Position numbers and translations under genes: made by a program. A DNA stretch of 64,000 bases from a virus, in the IMG/VR virus record IMGVR_UViG_3300028800_000081, positions 1-64,000 of that record; one strand, 5' to 3'. Shown here one piece after another: positions 59,599 through 64,000 of this stretch (the first letter of the stretch is position 1; each line of letters begins with the position of its first letter). The notes beneath the pieces are model-generated. The model made no database searches and was not told the DNA's origin. It worked only from the letters and a program-made list of their open reading frames with translations.

Positions 59599-60459
59599 AT
59601 GGTCGCGACTGTCCCCTTCAATCCGAACCTCACGACCAACGGTCTGGGGTCTTTCAATGTGTCGTCCACCGGGCTCGTACAGGGCACGGCCTTTGACGAT
59701 CCCTCGGCTCGCTTCCGCCTGCGTGGCGGCTGGCTGTCCAACTCCGAAACCATCCCGATGTGGGGCGGCGTCGGCATTTATGAGAATATCCCGGGCGTTG
59801 CCGGACAGCCGGGCAATGTCCTCGGCCCGGCAGTCGGTCGCGCCACGACGCTGACATCCGGCGTTGCGGGATCTCTCGCGGGATTCGCGGTGTTCGATCA
59901 GAACTATTCCGCGCTGATCACGACATCTTCGCCGGTGCCGCTCACTCCGTCCTACGGGCGGGTCCAGTATTACCCGCTCGGCTCCAAGGCGCGCATCGCC
60001 GTGGCTGTCGATCCTGCCATTGCCGCACTGGCAGGCGATCCGTCATCGCAGGCAGTATCGTGGGACTTCGTCAATCAGCAGCTCGTCGACTATGCGAGCG
60101 CAACGGCGGCGAGCCAGACCTACAACAACACGACCGGCGCGGTTGTCCTGACGTTCTCGCCGTCGGCTCCGGCCAATGTCGGCGTGGGCGACATCGTCAT
60201 CGTGTCCGGCGCGACCGGCACGGCGGCTGCTTCAGTCAACGGCGAGCATGTCGTGACAGCCGTCACGGGCACGACCGTCACCTATGTGATCGCTTCCGGC
60301 CTGTCCGCAGCGGTGACCGGCACCATCGCAATCGCGACGGGCGGTATCCTCCCCTGCACAATCCTGCTGCTCGAGATCGGCAATTCCATGACGGTCAACT
60401 ACGACGGCACGAACGCCACGTGGAATCGCACGGGTAGTGCGGCAATAATTTCCATATAG
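59599..60459 (+). CDS. Head decoration/cement protein
   Basis: Between scaffold and capsid genes; beta-rich. Confidence 0.65.
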   Translation: MVATVPFNPNLTTNGLGSFNVSSTGLVQGTAFDDPSARFRLRGGWLSNSETIPMWGGVGIYENIPGVAGQPGNVLGPAVGRATTLTSGVAGSLAGFAVFDQNYSALITTSSPVPLTPSYGRVQYYPLGSKARIAVAVDPAIAALAGDPSSQAVSWDFVNQQLVDYASATAASQTYNNTTGAVVLTFSPSAPANVGVGDIVIVSGATGTAAASVNGEHVVTAVTGTTVTYVIASGLSAAVTGTIAIATGGILPCTILLLEIGNSMTVNYDGTNATWNRTGSAAIISI

Positions 60460-60507
60460 CCCCCGCTTCAGACGACTGACGCGATCCACAACTAGGAGAA
60501 CCTTCTC

Positions 60508-61530
60508 ATGCCCAACATTGCCCCGGCCCGCGTAGTCGTCGAGCCGTCCTACTGGATGCCGGAAATCCTGCTTCCATACAGCCAGGCCTCCGGCGCCTTC
60601 GAGCTTCTGCCCACCGGTCAGCCGCTTACCCGACTCTCGGAAGGCGACCTCTACGCCTACATCAAGCGCGCGGACATCCGCACCAAGCTTGCGACGGGCC
60701 AGAGCGCTGCGAACGAGTTGCCCAGCGTTTCGATCGTCATGGGCTACATGAGCACGCCGACCTATCTGCAGCGCGTCCGTGCGGAATACGATCACCACGA
60801 CACGGCCGCGATGGGGCGATGGGACGTCTCGATCGTCGCCGCGCAACGCCTCGGCATGCGGCAGGGCCACAATCAGCTCCTCCGCTCCGCGCTGCTCTAC
60901 GGGCTCAACCCGCAGAACGGCGAGGGCTTGCTGAATTCCAACGGCGCGACAGCGATCAACCTGCCGCCCGATCCGTTCGGCAACACGACGTTCTCGACCT
61001 ATGACAACGGCTCGATGGCGTTTTTCCTCCTCAGTGTCATTTCGGCGCTGAAGTCACGCACCAATCAACTCGGGATCGGACGCAAGTTCACCATCCTGGG
61101 ACCGCAGCGGGACCTGTCGATCTTCGAATATCAGGGGATCGTCCAGGTGACGCAGTTCCAGCGCATCGGCGCAGGTGCGTCATCGGTGGCCGGCGTGGTC
61201 AAGGAAGTGCTGGACTGGAACGGCGACGAGTTCATCTGGGCGTATGACGACACGCTGATCGGCAAGGGCGCCGGCGGCACGGACGCCATCGTTGTCGTCA
61301 TGCCGGAGGTCGAGAACCCGCAAGCGGAAGGCGCGATCGACACCAACGCATTCGCCAAGCTGGCGCCCGGGCTCGACGCCTGCACGCTGATGCTGAACGA
61401 CATGGTGGCGCCGCGTGAAATCACGGCTCCGTTGGCCGGCGGCGCGGTTGACATCGTGTCCGAGTTGCGCACGACTTCCGGCTGGGGCGTTCGTCCGGAG
61501 GCCATCACCATCATATCCGGCGCGAACTAA
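60508..61530 (+). CDS. Major capsid protein
   Basis: 340 aa; YGL..GEGLLN; VRPEAI C-terminus; AGGAG SD. Confidence 0.8.
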   Translation: MPNIAPARVVVEPSYWMPEILLPYSQASGAFELLPTGQPLTRLSEGDLYAYIKRADIRTKLATGQSAANELPSVSIVMGYMSTPTYLQRVRAEYDHHDTAAMGRWDVSIVAAQRLGMRQGHNQLLRSALLYGLNPQNGEGLLNSNGATAINLPPDPFGNTTFSTYDNGSMAFFLLSVISALKSRTNQLGIGRKFTILGPQRDLSIFEYQGIVQVTQFQRIGAGASSVAGVVKEVLDWNGDEFIWAYDDTLIGKGAGGTDAIVVVMPEVENPQAEGAIDTNAFAKLAPGLDACTLMLNDMVAPREITAPLAGGAVDIVSELRTTSGWGVRPEAITIISGAN

Positions 61531-61567
61531 GCGCCCGGCCCGGCTCACTGAAAAAGGGAGGCTTTCC

Positions 61568-62101
61568 TTGCAGCTTTTTGTTGCCAACACGACGAAGCAG
61601 ATCCAGGCGTTCGCCTGTGCGGTTCCGGAAATGACCGGGATCAAGATCGCGATGATTCCCATCGGCCAGCAAATCCCGGTATTCGGCGATTTGAACCGAC
61701 CGCAGATCGACGCGATCATCGAGCAGCACCGCAGGTACGGAATGGTCAGTGCGGACGAAGTGGACCGCACCAAGCCCTTCATCGGCATGTGCTATTCGGA
61801 GGGCAAGAAAATCCCTCTCGGCAAGCTCATGCACGCCTTCGATCACAACCGGGAAGTCCTCGAAGCGCGGGGTGCGGAACTCCGCAAGCTCGCGGCCATC
61901 CAGGTCAGCAATCAGATCGAGGGCGAACTCGGCCGCGTCGTGCAGGATCCGACTCTGAAAGCCTTCGACGTCACGTTGACGGAAGAGGACAGCAAGGAAG
62001 GCAACGCGGATCACAAGCTGCTGAGCGAGAAGATCGTGCTGGACCACACGGGCGATCGCGATAGAGGCGGCGCCCCAAGGCCGCGACGCCGCGGGAAGTA
62101 A
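61568..62101 (+). CDS. Hypothetical head-associated protein
   Basis: GGAGG SD with TTG start. Confidence 0.6.
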   Translation: MQLFVANTTKQIQAFACAVPEMTGIKIAMIPIGQQIPVFGDLNRPQIDAIIEQHRRYGMVSADEVDRTKPFIGMCYSEGKKIPLGKLMHAFDHNREVLEARGAELRKLAAIQVSNQIEGELGRVVQDPTLKAFDVTLTEEDSKEGNADHKLLSEKIVLDHTGDRDRGGAPRPRRRGK

Positions 62102-62601
62102 TGCCTTCCCTGGCCCCGACCGTCACCGGCTATCTGGCGTTCATTCGCAACCAGGCGCAGATACCGACCTCCGCGCTGCCGGACGCCTCGCCCTACATCC
62201 AGGGCACGTTCAACATGGCGCTGACGAACGCGAACGTCCAACTGGCCTGCATGCCGGTGTTCGGGGATAGAACGGGACCGACGCCGTACCAGTTGGCCGT
62301 CTACAATCTAGGCGTGAGCAACCTCATCAACTTCGCGCCGGACCAGCCCGGTGCACCGGCGGTCCCGGGAAGCCAGCCGCCGGAGCAGTATTTCACCTAC
62401 TGGCGCAACAAGTGGAACCTGCTCGCGCCGATCTCCGGTGTTGTCTCATCCTCTGCGGATGAAAGCACGTCGGTCTCGCTCGAAGTCATCGACCAGTTGA
62501 AATACCTGACGCTGGCTGACCTCGCGCTGATGAAAGACCCGTACGGCCGCGCGTACCTCAATCTCGCCTCGCGTTCCGGGTATCTGTTGGGGCTGTCATG
62601 A
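62101..62601 (+). CDS. Head-tail adaptor (DUF4054-like)
   Basis: GVVSSSADESTSVS, DPYGRAYL. Confidence 0.7.
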   Translation: MPSLAPTVTGYLAFIRNQAQIPTSALPDASPYIQGTFNMALTNANVQLACMPVFGDRTGPTPYQLAVYNLGVSNLINFAPDQPGAPAVPGSQPPEQYFTYWRNKWNLLAPISGVVSSSADESTSVSLEVIDQLKYLTLADLALMKDPYGRAYLNLASRSGYLLGLS

Positions 62602-63104
62602 AACTGATCCTCGGCGCGGTCGACATACCGTACGCCTTCGAGCCGAAGGAAATCCGCGCCACGAAGCGCCGCATCGGCAAGGCCCGCAAGGCTCCGAAAT
62701 CTGCGAACCCGAACAACACGATCACCACGGGAGATGTGGCGGAAATCCTTGAGGCGAAATATCACGTCATGGAGAACTTTTTCGAGCTGCACAAAGCCGA
62801 TATTGCGCACGATCTCGAAGAGGCAATTGGTGGCCGTCTTGAAAACATCTTGGCCGGAGCGCCCATTTCAAATTCTGCCTCGGCGTTTGCAGAGGCGGAA
62901 TCGGCAATAGAAACGCGCTTTCGGAACATGCTCGCGACAAAAGAGCTGGATCAGTTAGGATACCCAGGGATACCAACACGCGCGTCACTCGAAGGCGTGT
63001 CGCATCGTTTCAAACACCCATACGCAAAAAGAGCCCCGAGACCCAGTTTTGTGGACACAGGACTCTTCAGCAGTGCATTCGCGGCCGAAATTAAGGACGA
63101 CTAA
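62598..63104 (+). CDS. Neck/tail completion protein
   Basis: PRPSFVDTG motif. Confidence 0.65.
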   Translation: MKLILGAVDIPYAFEPKEIRATKRRIGKARKAPKSANPNNTITTGDVAEILEAKYHVMENFFELHKADIAHDLEEAIGGRLENILAGAPISNSASAFAEAESAIETRFRNMLATKELDQLGYPGIPTRASLEGVSHRFKHPYAKRAPRPSFVDTGLFSSAFAAEIKDD

Positions 63105-64000
63105 ATGCCCAGCGTCGATGAAGCAGCGGAGACGCAATCACCGATCCGCGCGGCGCTCGACCAGGGCATTCAGACGGTATCGCTTTCGCAGGTCGTCCGG
63201 TTCACGCTCTACATTCGGCTCGTGCTGCCGATCGACGGCTTCGTCTTCTGGGTCCGCGCCGATCATGTGACGAAGAAGGCGGCCTTCAACGCCTTCGCCT
63301 ACAACCAGTCGTACTACAACGAGGGACCGGTCCAGACCTTCCCCGTGCTGTCAGGCGGCATCGGTGACTTCATCATCGGGGTCACGCCCATAGGGGGCTA
63401 CGAAGCGTATGTCGGGGAGCCGGATAGCCCGGCTACATTCCTCGACGCACAGGGCTCGCTTCACTACGCGAGCACGCGCCATCAGGACGAAGACGCGGAG
63501 TTCATCCAGAACAGCGTGATTTTCACGTCCGAGCAGATCGTCAACGACTTCGAGGCCGTGGGGCCCGAGGCCATGTATGTCGGGGAGTTCGAGGGGCTGA
63601 AGTTCGCCTGGTCGGCCCGCCGGCAGAATTATCAGCAGGCCGGAATCTTCCACTACGTCGGCGATGCGATCAACGCCTATGCGGCGACGCAGCTTGTAGA
63701 TGATCCCCGGACGCTGGACACGAAGAACGTCATCGTTTCGAACAGCCTGCCGTTCTGGCTCGCGATGAAGGGCTACCAGACGCAGCCTTGGGAACCGATC
63801 CCCGCGCCGTCGTTTCCCATCTATCCGTCGTTCCTCCTGCCGTTCAATCTGAAGCCGCCCTACGGCGTGGTGCACATTCCGGAAGAAAACACGGAATCTC
63901 TCGCCCTGGCGCCGACGCTCGGACCCACCCTGTCCCATAACCAGCTTGTGAGCGAAGACGTCGAGATCACGCTGTACGGAACGCGGAACTTCAACGCGAT
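63105..64000 (+). CDS. Virion neck/tail protein (runs off the window)
   Basis: AAGGA SD; frame from MPSVDEAAE appears open to the window end. Confidence 0.6.
   Translation, partial: MPSVDEAAETQSPIRAALDQGIQTVSLSQVVRFTLYIRLVLPIDGFVFWVRADHVTKKAAFNAFAYNQSYYNEGPVQTFPVLSGGIGDFIIGVTPIGGYEAYVGEPDSPATFLDAQGSLHYASTRHQDEDAEFIQNSVIFTSEQIVNDFEAVGPEAMYVGEFEGLKFAWSARRQNYQQAGIFHYVGDAINAYAATQLVDDPRTLDTKNVIVSNSLPFWLAMKGYQTQPWEPIPAPSFPIYPSFLLPFNLKPPYGVVHIPEENTESLALAPTLGPTLSHNQLVSEDVEITLYGTRNFNA

Overview
The window is most of a tailed dsDNA phage genome with a contractile-tail-type baseplate, probably with an alphaproteobacterial host (inferred). It is circularly permuted. Order: baseplate and tail fibre (1-4.3 kb); a block of signal-peptide-bearing glycan-active or adhesin-like proteins (4.3-13.2 kb); an extended lysis and membrane cassette with a GH19 endolysin (13.3-18.9 kb); an IS1595-family element with passenger genes (19.2-22.4 kb); a leftward early arm with PAPS-reductase-like, NADAR, HNH and RecT/Bet genes (23.2-32.2 kb); a rightward replication and modification arm with RuvC, DnaB, a C5 methyltransferase, an ATP-grasp enzyme, DUF5131, a ParB-methyltransferase and a NusG-like gene, plus two stand-alone TnpB genes (32.5-51.6 kb); then terminase, portal and head genes (51.6-64 kb). 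No integrase or CI-type repressor is recognisable here. The best leads are: (1) two homologous tRNA-shaped ncRNAs with large inserts, one splitting the signal peptide of a probable o-spanin and the other being the IS1595 target; (2) two transposase-less TnpB units with matching pseudoknotted omegaRNA scaffolds whose predicted guides match the interrupted phage genes; (3) a Sec/Tat-exported tailspike-like module; (4) a dual-frame C5 methyltransferase. All calls come from motif reading by eye; no searches were run.
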